Assembly (NCBI GenBank): GCA_012295275.1 | Contig: CM022679.1 | Span: forward strand, 14,880,001-14,944,000 | Direction of reading: 5' to 3' | Length of the DNA: 64,000 nt | Source: Chrysomallon squamiferum | Taxonomy: Eukaryota; Animalia; Mollusca | Part shown: piece after piece, positions 14,230 through 26,087 of the stretch | Position numbering within the stretch: position 1 is the stretch's first letter | How the letters are laid out: each line of letters starts with the position of its first letter | Made by a program: the position numbers and the translations under genes | Notes under the pieces: model-generated | Told to the model about the DNA's origin: nothing | The model's input: the letters and a program-made list of their open reading frames with translations, nothing else | Databases searched by the model: none

Positions 14230-15245
14230 TTTATCTGTTACAATATGATCCAGTAAATACAAAACAGTATCCTGTTTGATAAGAGGAAATCTGCAACTCT
14301 TAGCTCTGTCAAGACGAGTTTCACCACTGGAATTAATAACATTTACATCAACACCTTTTTCAATCAATGCTGCCACACTTTCCGTATTACGCTGTCCAGC
14401 TGCTAGGTGTAAAACAAAATTGTTATCATTGGCTTTTAATTTAGGATCAGCTCCTCTTCAACAGTAAATACAAAACAACTTTGTTCTGTTCAGACAGAAT
14501 AGGAGTTTCACCTTGGTTGTTTTTAATTTTTACATCCAGACCTTTTTTCAGTGAGTGCAGTCAGAATTTCTATATTTACATGTTCAACAGCTGTCAAAAG
14601 AGGAGTTTCAACATCACGGATTTTAATGTTTATATGAAGGCCCCTTCCAGTTAGTGCTGTCACAATTTCTATGTTTCCATGTTCAGATGCTACACATAAA
14701 ACTGAATTATCATCATTGCGTGTTAAATTAGGATCACCTCCATGTTCCAGTAAAGACAAAACTACTTTGTTCTGTCCATAGAGAGAAGCTGTAAAAAGAG
14801 GAGTTTCACATAAGCTGTTTTTAGTATTTACATCAGCACCTTTTTCAATCAGTGCTGTCACAATTTCCGAATTTGTCTACTCAGCTGCTAGGTGTAAAAC
14901 AGAACAGGAAAAATTGGCTGTTAAATTAGGATCAGCTCCATGTTCCAGTAAATACAAAACTATTTTGTTCTGTTTATACAGAACAGCTGTAAAAAGAGGA
15001 GTTGCACCATGGCTGTTTTTGATATTTACATCAATACCTTTTTCAATCAGTGCAGTCACAATTTCTATATTTCCATGTTCAGATGCTGCGTGTAAAACAG
15101 AATTGTCATCATTAGATGTTAAATTAGGATCAGCTCCATGTTCCAGTAAATGGAACAAAACTTTGGTTTGTTCAGCCAGAACAGCTATAAAAAGAGGAGT
15201 TTCACCGTCGCAGTTTTCACTATTTACATCAACCCCTTTTTCAAG
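14230..15245 (-). pseudogene. Ankyrin-repeat pseudogene fragment
   Basis: Repeated TPLFTA / SVLHxA / LLEHGADPN / LIEKGxDVN ankyrin motifs; in-frame stop at 14877-14879; frameshift near 14540; 5' end abuts the tandem-repeat boundary at 15246. Confidence 0.88.
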
Positions 15246-18200
15246 TATATCAGTTTCTGTAATCAGACATTAGCGGAGGAAGAAAACAAAAAATCTGAAA
15301 TAAGTATGTCTTTCAATAAGCCCATCCTGTATTAATAATAACTGTTTTTACGTTTCGGAATAGATTTAGTTAATTCTAGTGACTAAATGAACAGTTGTAT
15401 CATACTAACAGTATTAAACTACTATATTTGTTGAATAAAAAGTAACAATAACAAAACAATGACAAAAAAAAACATAAACAAAAATGAAATAATAACAACA
15501 ACTATAACAAGAAGAAGAAGAAGAAATAATGAAAGAATAAAAGAAAGAAAAAATAAGAATTATTATTATTATTATTATTAACATTTTCTTTAAAAAAAAC
15601 AAAAAGAAGAAAAAAAGAGATCTAGTAAGTAAATAAACGTCTGGTTTCGGCGAACTAATTTTAAGATATATATTTTCGGACTTTTCATTTATTTATTTAG
15701 TTATTTATATATTTGAATGTTTGTTTTATGCTATATTATATTAGTATTATTATGATGTTGTTTTTATATTGTAGTTTATACGTTGTTTTTTTTGTTGTTT
15801 TTTTTTTTTTTTTGTGTGAGAGGGGGTTTATTTATTCATTTTCTGTGACCGTTTCCTTAGTAAAATGCAAATATATTTTCATATTATTATTGTTACATAT
15901 TTAAATTTGTTTATTATTAAAATGTAATATTTATTTATAGAAACAAGGAAGGGTAACTCTTGTGAATATTTCTTGAACATATTTCGAAAACTGATTTTTA
16001 ACCAGTTTTAATTGTACAGTATGATTTTATTACAAAATCAAAGAAAAAAAAAATTAGCAGAAGACATGAGAAAATTTATTTCAACTTCTAGGAGCTGTGT
16101 TAATGTTCCTATTTATTTATTTCGTTCAACTATTATTTATTTATAGAAACGGAAGTAGACTGTCAACGGTTAAGAAAGCGTAGCGCTTGTGTATATTTTC
16201 GTAGTTTTACGTCAGACGCTGATAAACTTATTTTTATTACTAGATTAACATTTGTATAACTTTATTTTGTTTACAGTTAAGAAGAAAAAATAAAAGCAGC
16301 AATTGCAAGAAAATGTGGACCAACATATGTCAGGATCTAGCCAGTTAGGTATTTTTATTTTAGTATTTTTTTAACTATTAATTATTTGTAAAAATAGGAG
16401 TAGACTGTGCATAGTAAAGAAAGCGTAACTATTTTAGATATTTGTATGTTTACGTCACATACTGACTAGTGTAATGCAACTGAAAACTGTATATATGGCT
16501 GTTATATGTTATTACAATGGCTGTGCTGGTGTGCGCGTTGTTTAGTTTGTTTGCGTTCATAAAATTAATTTATACAAAACAATTATTTCTATTTCATAAT
16601 GTGTATACTTTAGTTATTTTAAAAACATTTTAAAAAGGCGTCAAGTGCTACTTATATATTTTTAATTGTATTTTTAAGATGAACTCAGTTATAGATTGCG
16701 CTTCTTTCTCGTCGTTTTTTAGTCCGTGTCAAAAACGTTTTAACAATATATCGACAAATTATAGTGATATAGAACACAGAATGATATAGAAATAGAGAGA
16801 CACATAGGTCACAGAGTAATATGAAGGTAGGCGAGGTTAAAACGAAAACATTTCGAAGTGAAAAACACAATTCCATCCATTTTGACAAGTCCACTTGTTT
16901 TTATAGGTGTGTTTTCATTGACGTCCGCGTTCGCTGGGTATATAAACCGCGCCAAAGAGTTGACGTCAATTTCGAGAAGCCGGGATGGGTCTTTATAACC
17001 TCCATACGCCAAAATTTTCAACTTGTTTTGGAATGTGGAGGTTTTCAGAAATTTGAACGGGACACTCAAATTTGGCAGGACAGACAGCCGTCTATTATTC
17101 TTCACCGCCCCCTCCCCCAACGCTCCTTCAAAATTCGGTCTGTACCTTGAATGCAGCGACAGTGAGTCACCTGGTGAGTGATGACACCCCTACCTGAAGA
17201 GTGGATAATACGGAACTTGTTACTTGAAAAACAAGTTCTGGGGGACTGTTCACCAAAGGTACAGAACATAAAATAAAAAATGTAATTCAAACTTGAAACA
17301 TGTCAATCCCAGCAATGAAATCGCAAAGGATTCATAAATAAAATGTAAAATAAAATAAAATAAAATAAATATAAATATAAATTAAATAAATATAAATTAA
17401 ATTAAATAAATACATCAATAAAAAAAGAAACAAGCAAACAAAAAAATAAATATTAGTAATAAAAAATAATTAAAAATTAAGTCATATTTATATAAATAAA
17501 TAAAATATAAATAAATAATTCAAAATGAAAATAAACATCAAAGATAATTGTAAGTAAATAAAACTAAGTGATTAAACAGAGTATAAGTAAATAAATAAAA
17601 AAGTATTAAAAGATAAAATAAACAAATCAACAAAATTAATAAATAAACAAATTGTAAAATGAAACGAATAAATTAAACAATTATTGAATAAATAAAGGAA
17701 ACAAAGAAGTGTGTGTTTCTATGACATAATCTGTTTTCTTGTTAAAATCACCACGTGACGTAGAGATGTATCAATATTCACAAGAATTACACTTCTATAT
17801 CAGTTTCTGTAATCAGACATTAGCGGAGGAAGAAAACAAAAAATCTGAAATAAGTATGTCTTTCAATAAGCCCGTCCTGTATTAATAATAACTGTTTTTA
17901 CGTTTCGGAATAGATTTAGTTAATTCTAGTGACTAAATGAACAGTTGTATCATACCAACAGTATTAAACTACTATATTTGTTGAATAAAAAGTAACAATA
18001 ACAAAACAATGACAAAAAAAAAACATAAACAAAAATGAAATAATAAGAAGAACAACAACAACAATAACAAGAAGAAGAAGAAGAAATAATGAAAGAATAA
18101 AAGAAAGAAAAAATTATTATTATTATTATTATTATTAACATTTTCTTTAAAAAATAAAAAGAAGAAAAAAGATCTAATAAGTAAATAAATGTCTGGTTTC

Positions 18201-21200
18201 GGCGAACTAATTTTAAGATATATATCTTCGGACTTCTCATTTATTTATTTAGTTATTTATTTATTTGAATGTTTGTTTGTTTTATGCTATATTACATAAA
18301 CAGTATTATTATCATGTTGTTGTTTTTTTATATTGTAGTTTATACGTTGTTGGTTTTTTTTGCTGGTTTTTTTGTTGGTTTTTTGTGAGACGGAAGATTT
18401 ATTTATTCATTTTCTGTGACCGTTTCCTTAGTAATATTTTCATATTATTATTGTTAGATATTTAAATTTGTTTATTATTAAAATGTAATATTTATTTATA
18501 GAAACAAGGAAGGGTAACTCTTGTGAATATTTCTTGAAGAGTATGTCGAATACTGATTTTTAACCAGTTTTAATTGTACAGTATGATTTTATTACAAAAT
18601 CAAAGAAAAAAAAATGGCAGAAGACTTTAGAAAATTTATTTCAACTTCTAGGAGCTGTGTTATTGTTTCTATTTATTTATTTATTTCGTACAACTATTAT
18701 TTATTTATAGAAACGGAAGTAGACCGTCAACGGTTAAGAAAGCGTAGCGCTTGTGTATATCTTCGTAGTTTTACGTCAGACGCTGATAAACTTACTTAAT
18801 TACTACATTAATATTTGTTTAATTTTATTTTGTTTACTATTAAGGAGAAAAAAATAAAAGCAGCAATGTGGACCAATATATGTCAGGATCTAGCCAGTTA
18901 GGTATTTTTATTTTAGTATTTGTTTAACTATTAATTATTTGTAGAAATAGGAGTAGACTGTGCATAGTAAAGAAAGCGTAACTATTTTAGATATTTGTAT
19001 GTTTACGTCACATACTGACTAGTGTAATGCAACTGAAAAATGTATATATGGCTGTTATATGTTATTACAATGGCTGTGCTGGTGTGCGCGTTGTTTAGTT
19101 TGCTTGAGTTCATAAAATTAATTTATACAAAACAATTATTTGTTGTTCATAATATGTATACTTTAGTATTTATAAAAACATTTTAAAAAGGCGTCAAATG
19201 CTGCTTATATATTTTTAATTGTATTTTTAAGATGAACTCAGTTATAGATTAAGCTTCTTTCTCGTCGTTTTTTAGTCCGGGTCAAAAACGTTTTAACAAT
19301 ATATCGACAAATTATAGTGATATAGAACACAGAATGATATATAAATAGAGAGACACATAGGTCACAGAGTAATATGAAGGTAGGCGAGTTTAAAACGAAA
19401 CATTTCGAAGTGAAAAACACAATTCCATCCATTTTGACAAGTCCACTTGTTTTTATAAGTGTGTTTTCATTGACGTCCGCGTTCGCTGGGTATATAAACC
19501 GCGCCAAAGAGTTGACGTCAATTTCGAGAAGCCGGGATGGGTCTTTATAACCTCCATACGCCAAAATGTTCAACTTGTTTTGGAATGTGGAGGTTTTCAG
19601 AAATTTGAACGGGACACTCAAATTTGGCAGGACAGACAGCCGTCTATTATTCTTCACCGCCCCCTCCCCCAACGCTCCTTCAAAATTCGGTCTGTACCTT
19701 GAATGCAGCGACAGTGAGTCACCTGGTGAGTGATGACACCCCTACCTGAAGAGTGGATAATACGGAACTTGTTACTTGAAAAACAAGTTCTGGGGGACTG
19801 TTCACCAAAGGTACAGAACATAAAATAAAAAATGTAATTCAAACTTGAAACATGTCAATCCCAGCAATGAAATCGCAAAGGATTCATAAATAAAATGTAA
19901 AATAAAATAAAATAAAATAAATATAAATATAAATTAAATAAATATAAATTAAATTAAATAAATACAACATCAATAAAAAAAGAAACAAGCAAACAAAAAA
20001 ATAAATATTAGTAATAAAAAATAATTAAAAATTAAGTCATATTTATATAAATAAATAAAATATAAATAAATAATTCAAAATGAAAATAAACATCAAAGAT
20101 AATTGTAAGTAAATAAAACTAAGTGATTAAACAGAGTATAAGTAAATAAATAAAAAAGTATTAAAAGATAAAATAAACAAATCAACAAAATTAATAAATA
20201 AACAAATTGTAAAATGAAACGAATAAATTAAACAATTATTGAATAAATAAAGGAAACAAAGAAGTGTGTGTTTCTATGACATAATCTGTTTTCTTGTTAA
20301 AATCACCACGTGACGTAGAGATGTATCAATATTCACAAGAATTACACTTCTATATCAGTTTCTGTAATCAGACATTAGCGGAGGAAGAAAACAAAAAATC
20401 TGAAATAAGTATGTCTTTCAATAAGCCCGTCCTGTATTAATAATAACTGTTTTTACGTTTCGGAATAGATTTAGTTAATTCTAGTGACTAAATGAACAGT
20501 TGTATCATACCAACAGTATTAAACTACTATATTTGTTGAATAAAAAGTAACAATAACAAAACAATGAAAAAAAAACATAAACAAAAATGAAATAATAAGA
20601 AGAACAACAACAACAATAACAAGAAGAAGAAGAAGAAATAATGAAAGAATAAAAGAAAGAAAAAATTATTATTATTATTATTATTAACATTTTCTTTAAA
20701 AAATAAAAAGAAGAAAAAAGATCTAATAAGTAAATAAATGTCTGGTTTCGGCGAACTAATTTTAAGATATATATCTTCGGACTTCTCATTTATTTATTTA
20801 GTTATTTATTTATTTGAATGTTTGTTTGTTTTATGCTATATTACATAAACAGTATTATTATCATGTTGTTGTTTTTTTATATTGTAGTTTATACGTTGTT
20901 GGGTTTTTTTGCTGGTTTTTTTGTTGGTTTTTTGTGAGACGGAGGATTTATTTATTCATTTTCTGTGACCGTTTCCTTAGTAATATTTTCATATTATTAT
21001 TGTTAGATATTTAAATTTGTTTATTATTAAAATGTAATATTTATTTATAGAAACAAGGAAGGGTAACTCTTGTGAATATTTCTTGAAGAGTATGTCGAAT
21101 ACTGATTTTTAACCGCGTTCGCTGGGTATATAAACCGCGCCAAAGCGTTGACGTCAATTTCGAGAAGCCGGGATGGGTCTTTATAACCTCCATACGCCAA

Positions 21201-21918
21201 CATTTTCAACTTGTTTTGGAATGTGGAGGTTTTCAGAAATTTGAACGGGCTACTCAAATTTGGCAGGACAGACAGCCGTCTATTATTCTTCACCGCCCCC
21301 TCCCCAACGCTGCTTGAAAATTCGGTCTGTACCTTGAATGCAGCGACAGTGAGTCACCTGGTGAGTGATGACACCCCCACCTGAAGAGTGGATAATACGG
21401 AACTTGTTACTTGAAAAACGAGTTTGGGGGGACTGTTCACCAAAGGTACAGAACATAAAATAAAAAATGTAATTCAAACTTGAAATATGTAAATCCCAGC
21501 AATGAAATCCCTAAGGATCTATGAATAAAATAAAATAAAATATATACGCTATAAATAAAAATTAATTAATAGAAATTAATAAATAAAATATTAAGTAATA
21601 TTTTTATAAATAAATAAAAGATGAATAAATAAATGAAAATGAAGATTAAATAAATAAACATTAAAGATAATTATAAATAAATAAAATTAAATGATGTGAA
21701 AAAAGTATAAATAAATAAATGAATACAAGAGTATTAAAAATAAATAAATAAATAAAAGAGAATTAATAATAAATAAATGAATTATTTAAATAAATTGTAA
21801 AATAAAACGAATGAATGAATGTATGAATGGTCATGAATAAATATTCACAAGTTACGCGTCTTTATTTATTTTCTTGTTGATATCAGTTTCTGTAATCAGA
21901 TATTAGCGAGAGGAAGGA
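15246..21918. repeat. Tandem array of ~2.55-kb units: 15246-17795, 17796-20350, deleted copy 20351-21878, ~40-bp fourth start
   Basis: Unit start tatatcagtttctgtaatcaga at 15246, 17796, 20351 and ~21879; duplicated spurious ORFs; copy 3 lacks ~0.9 kb. Confidence 0.95.
16510..17271 (+). ncRNA. Candidate multi-domain structured RNA (repeat copy 1; also ~19063-19823 and partial 21113-21458)
   Basis: Three consecutive closed domains: 16510-16821, 16822-17130 (tgaagg/ccttca) and 17139-17265 (tctgtacctt/aaggtacaga, followed by ACA+3 nt), each with nested hairpins; wobble pairs favour the + strand. Confidence 0.5.
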
Positions 21919-22156
21919 AAATCGTAACAAAATACTAAACTTTAAAATTCCCAATATTCTTTCCAAAATAAAACAACAAAAAGAGTGAATTACATATCAT
22001 TTTATTGTGACCTTTCAATCTTCTTAAAATGTACGGCGGTCAGTCATGTGAAATTCAAAGTAAAATAAAAAATTTAAACTCTAAAAAAAAAAATAAATAA
22101 ATAAATAAATAAATAATAAGAAGAAGAAGATCAAACAGCCTTTGCCTTCAATGTAT

Positions 22157-22803
22157 TCAGGCTGGTGGTAAAATCATGTTGGCGATTTCGTGAGCAACAG
22201 CAGGTAAACGTTTCATACTGTTCACTTTGATAATACGAGAGGAATCGCCGGCGATGTCGCTTAGCTGTACATCGTTGATGGCAGCGCCACCAGGCGAGGG
22301 CCATGTCACAACGTAAGTCTTTATTCCATCACTCCGAACGGAAACGGAACTCGACCGAACAAGCGCGTCGTTCTCTCCAGAACCGTCACACAAAACGACC
22401 AGGATTTTCTCGGAACGAAAACGTGACGAGTTTCCAAACTGCGCATGCGCTGCAGCAATCCCACCTTCCAGAGACGATCCTGCGTAAGGAATTTCTAGCC
22501 CGTCAACTGACTTGACTTTTGTTTTTAACAACTTGGAGTTGCCTGAGATTGCAGACAAAACGTAGACGTCGTCGGTGAACAACGTGATTCCCATGGAGCA
22601 GAGAGGAAATCTGAGACTGCTGATGAGTTTCTCGATGAAGAGGAGACAGTCGGAGCAGTACTTCGCCTGAATTCCTTCAATGATCCGAACACTGTGAGAG
22701 TGGTCAGCTACTAGAATAATGTCCACCTGTCTCCTTTGTGTTGCTGCAAAACAGAAAATAAAATGTTCAGTCTCTTTCTCTCTGTATCCATTCACACATA
22801 TAA

Positions 22804-22892
<89 letters not shown>

Positions 22893-24469
22893 TTTCGTTC
22901 TGAGATGAATTAAAATGTTTCTTTGACAGATCAGAACGACGGACATACCTACTTTCCTTAACGGAGAGTTAAACCCCACAAATGGCACACTAGCGCTCAC
23001 TGAAATAACACAGAAAAAGTAATTAAATATCAACAGCAAACATTCAGGTTTTGTTTCACATTAAACTTCTGATTATTTTTATTTTCTCAAAACGACTTGA
23101 TGTGAACATAACTTAACTTTAATCTACGTATTTTCTTTTCTTTTCTTTCTTTTAGGGATTATGAAAACAAATATATATATATATTTTTTAAATAAATAAA
23201 AAAACTAACAGCGAAATAAATATTTTAGGATGAATATTGTGATGATAATGATTACAATGGATACGGTTACTTTATTTTTAAATTGTTATTGAAAATTGTA
23301 TCCAGTTTATTAGCATTACTTACTGGTGCATATTTGATTTAACACTCTGGGGATCAAGGTGACTAAAACATGGTCATTGTCGGTACCCAGTGTTTGTGCA
23401 AAACTTCCACTGATCATCAAAGATTCCTGTTAAATATAACATTAACATTTGAAATAGAACACCGTTAAATATAAAATCCACAACTAATGTATTGACGAAT
23501 ACACTGAATGATCTGATAATGTTACTACTAATATAAGACTAAAATTGTTAAGATTTACGTTTTCTAATAGTACAGTTCAGCTGTATAATGAGAATGTACC
23601 TTTACGGTTCTAATACTGTGATATAGTTATATTAGTATGATCAATGCAGAACGTTCGCAAAGCATTAACTAGTTTGTTTTCTATATTGATGGACAGATAT
23701 TAGTTTCAGCATGGATATTATGTGTGAATATATTGTTTTTTTGTTTGTTTGTTTGTTTCTCTCATTTATGTGTTTTATTATGTTTTGCATTTGGGGAAAA
23801 TATTAATTCAAATTACCTGAATATTGTTGTCACCACTACCAACAGTGATGATGTTAATATCATTGTCTCTTGCATCGTGGGCTTCAGACACGGTCCAGTA
23901 AAGATTGTCAGATTGTCTGTTAGTTATTAGAATCATTATCTTCGCAGCATTAGGAATACCTTCATCGTCGAGGTAACTTATAAATAAATAAATAAACATA
24001 GAGTAAAAACGATCTAATATTTAAGAAAATCTGGCAACCGAGAGAAAGATAGAGGTGTGAGGGTGGGTGTGTTTTATTTTCTTCCTTTTTTGGAGTTTGT
24101 CTAATTTATAAAAAAAAAAAAAAAAAAAAAAAAAATGTTTTATAAGTACAGTTTATAATAACAACACATACTCGGAAAATGACCGAATTGCTGAAAATGT
24201 TCGAAGACCTCCAAACTGCGGAATCCAGCGGTTTTCCACCACCGTCGATAAATAAGCAGGGTTGCTGCTGAAACCCGATATCTGGCGCACGCTGTCGCTG
24301 AAGGCGAACAGAGAAACGCGGACTACACTGAAGTCAAGCTGTGATAGAAGACCCTGGACGAACGCGATGGAGCCAGGGGAGTACACAATATCCTGCCCCC
24401 ATTCTGTCATCGTGGACAGAGAATCTCCTAGTCCTATCAAAATATCGGTAGGACCACTGAAGCCACAAA
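22157..24469 (-). CDS. Two-VWA-domain protein (matrilin/collagen-VI-like); 5' end not located
   Basis: Phase-consistent exons 24172-24469, 23817-23976, 23324-23426, 22949-22999, 22157-22743 with GT-AG ends. VWA motifs: DILIGLGDSLS (degenerate MIDAS), VRVSLFAFSD, KIMILITN, DIILVADHSHS (DxSxS), KILVVLCDG. Poly(A) signal near 22001. Confidence 0.85.
22814..22890. repeat. (GA)n microsatellite in VWA gene intron
   Basis: Directly visible. Confidence 0.97.
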
Positions 24470-25052
24470 CTGTTAATAAAGATGAAATATAATGTAAAGT
24501 ATTTGAACAAAGACTTTAATAAATATCATATATCACCATAATTATTGTGGTTGAACTGCTTACAATATAGAGGTTACTTTCTGTGTATGCTTTGGAGCAG
24601 TTATAAAAATTTATTAACATTAGATTTATAATTTACAATTATCTAACACCAAACATAATTATAGTTAAATAACACACAGATAAACTGTCATTCTGTTTTG
24701 ATTAGCAACAAATAATTGTTCAAATGCACCTTCTCACTGATTAAAAAAAAATCCATATTATGGCCTTTGATCATGGAGAACAGGTAGAACAGGAATACAG
24801 CCAATGGCACTTTGAGGACTGCTGATCATGTGATATTTCATACCCAAGGCCAAAACTCAACCAGTGAGCTACTTTCAAATCCACTGTACTTAATGACATA
24901 ATCATCATCTGTAGATTATTATTTTCAGATAGAAATATTAGCTGTCATGCTTACACTGTGCTGAAATTGTGTTCAGTGATGCCACCATTAATGTAGCCAA
25001 AAATATCTGTTTTGCCATTTGTCCAGCCATTAGCATCCTGTCCACATATTAA

Positions 25053-25086
<34 letters not shown>

Positions 25087-26041
25087 TATATTGTATATTA
25101 TATAATTTTTATATTCACAATTAAAGAACAAAAAACTTTGTTTTTGAGTATATTGCAGTTCATATTTTGTGGAAAAGATGAGGTGTAATGATTCTGCTCC
25201 TAAGTGGGACAATACAGGACTACTATATATGGGTATGTTTGTGTGTGGGTTTTTTGTGGGTGTTGTTTGTAATATCATTGGGTAATGTGTATGTTTTATT
25301 TTACATATTTAGTCAATGCCTATACTTATTCAGTACAAACATGAAACCTCTGTTGTTGTTTTTATTTTTTATATTTAATTTTCAGCCTTCAAAATCACCA
25401 GAAAAGATACTAAATTTTAATTATTTCACCAGCAGGAGTGTTTATCTGTCTTAAGCATCAAATAGCACTTAATCTGTATACAGCTTCAGGACTGTTATTA
25501 TGAACTGACATTTGGAGACCAGTAAAGATAATTTTGTAAGTGGTGTTGATTGCATCAAGTTTAACAATTCACCCAAGATTAATTCTTCTTCTTTTGCTAC
25601 TACCGCTACCATTACTACTATTGCTACCACCACAACTACTACTGTAAATAATAATAATTTTGTAATTATCATTACTGTTGTTATTATGGAAGCTTATCAG
25701 ATATATGTAAATCTTAATTGAATTATAATTTCAATTCGTTAGTATATAATGACAGTAAACAATGGTATATCTTTTTGTGTCATGAAAATAAATACACAAG
25801 CTTTGGCAAAGTCTGTAGAAAATAGCTAACACAAAGTCATATGTTGATTTATTTCAAATTCAGCAAGTTTTGTAATTTATCTATTTTACAGATGAAATTT
25901 CAGTACTGAAAGATGATGGTTTCTTAGACTGTACATTTTAATATTTATTCTCTATTCCAACAAACTATATTAATCATCAAAATAATAATATAATTGAAAG
26001 CAATGTCATAACCAATGTTATCTTTAAATGATAACAACAAC

Positions 26042-26087
<46 letters not shown>

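Noticed and set aside
16970-16995. Resemblance of cgagaag...atgg..cttt to mitochondrial 16S rRNA (NUMT)
   Set aside because: The similarity does not extend on either side.
16822-17271. Folded element as telomerase RNA, H/ACA RNA, RNase P/MRP, 7SK or group II intron
   Set aside because: No CCCUAA template, no ANANNA H box before the ACA-terminated hairpin, no proper P4 (CR-I/CR-V) pair, no GAUC pair and no domain V.
16685-17290. 60-144-aa ORFs repeated in each tandem unit
   Set aside because: Frames differ between copies because of indels, and there is no recognisable domain.
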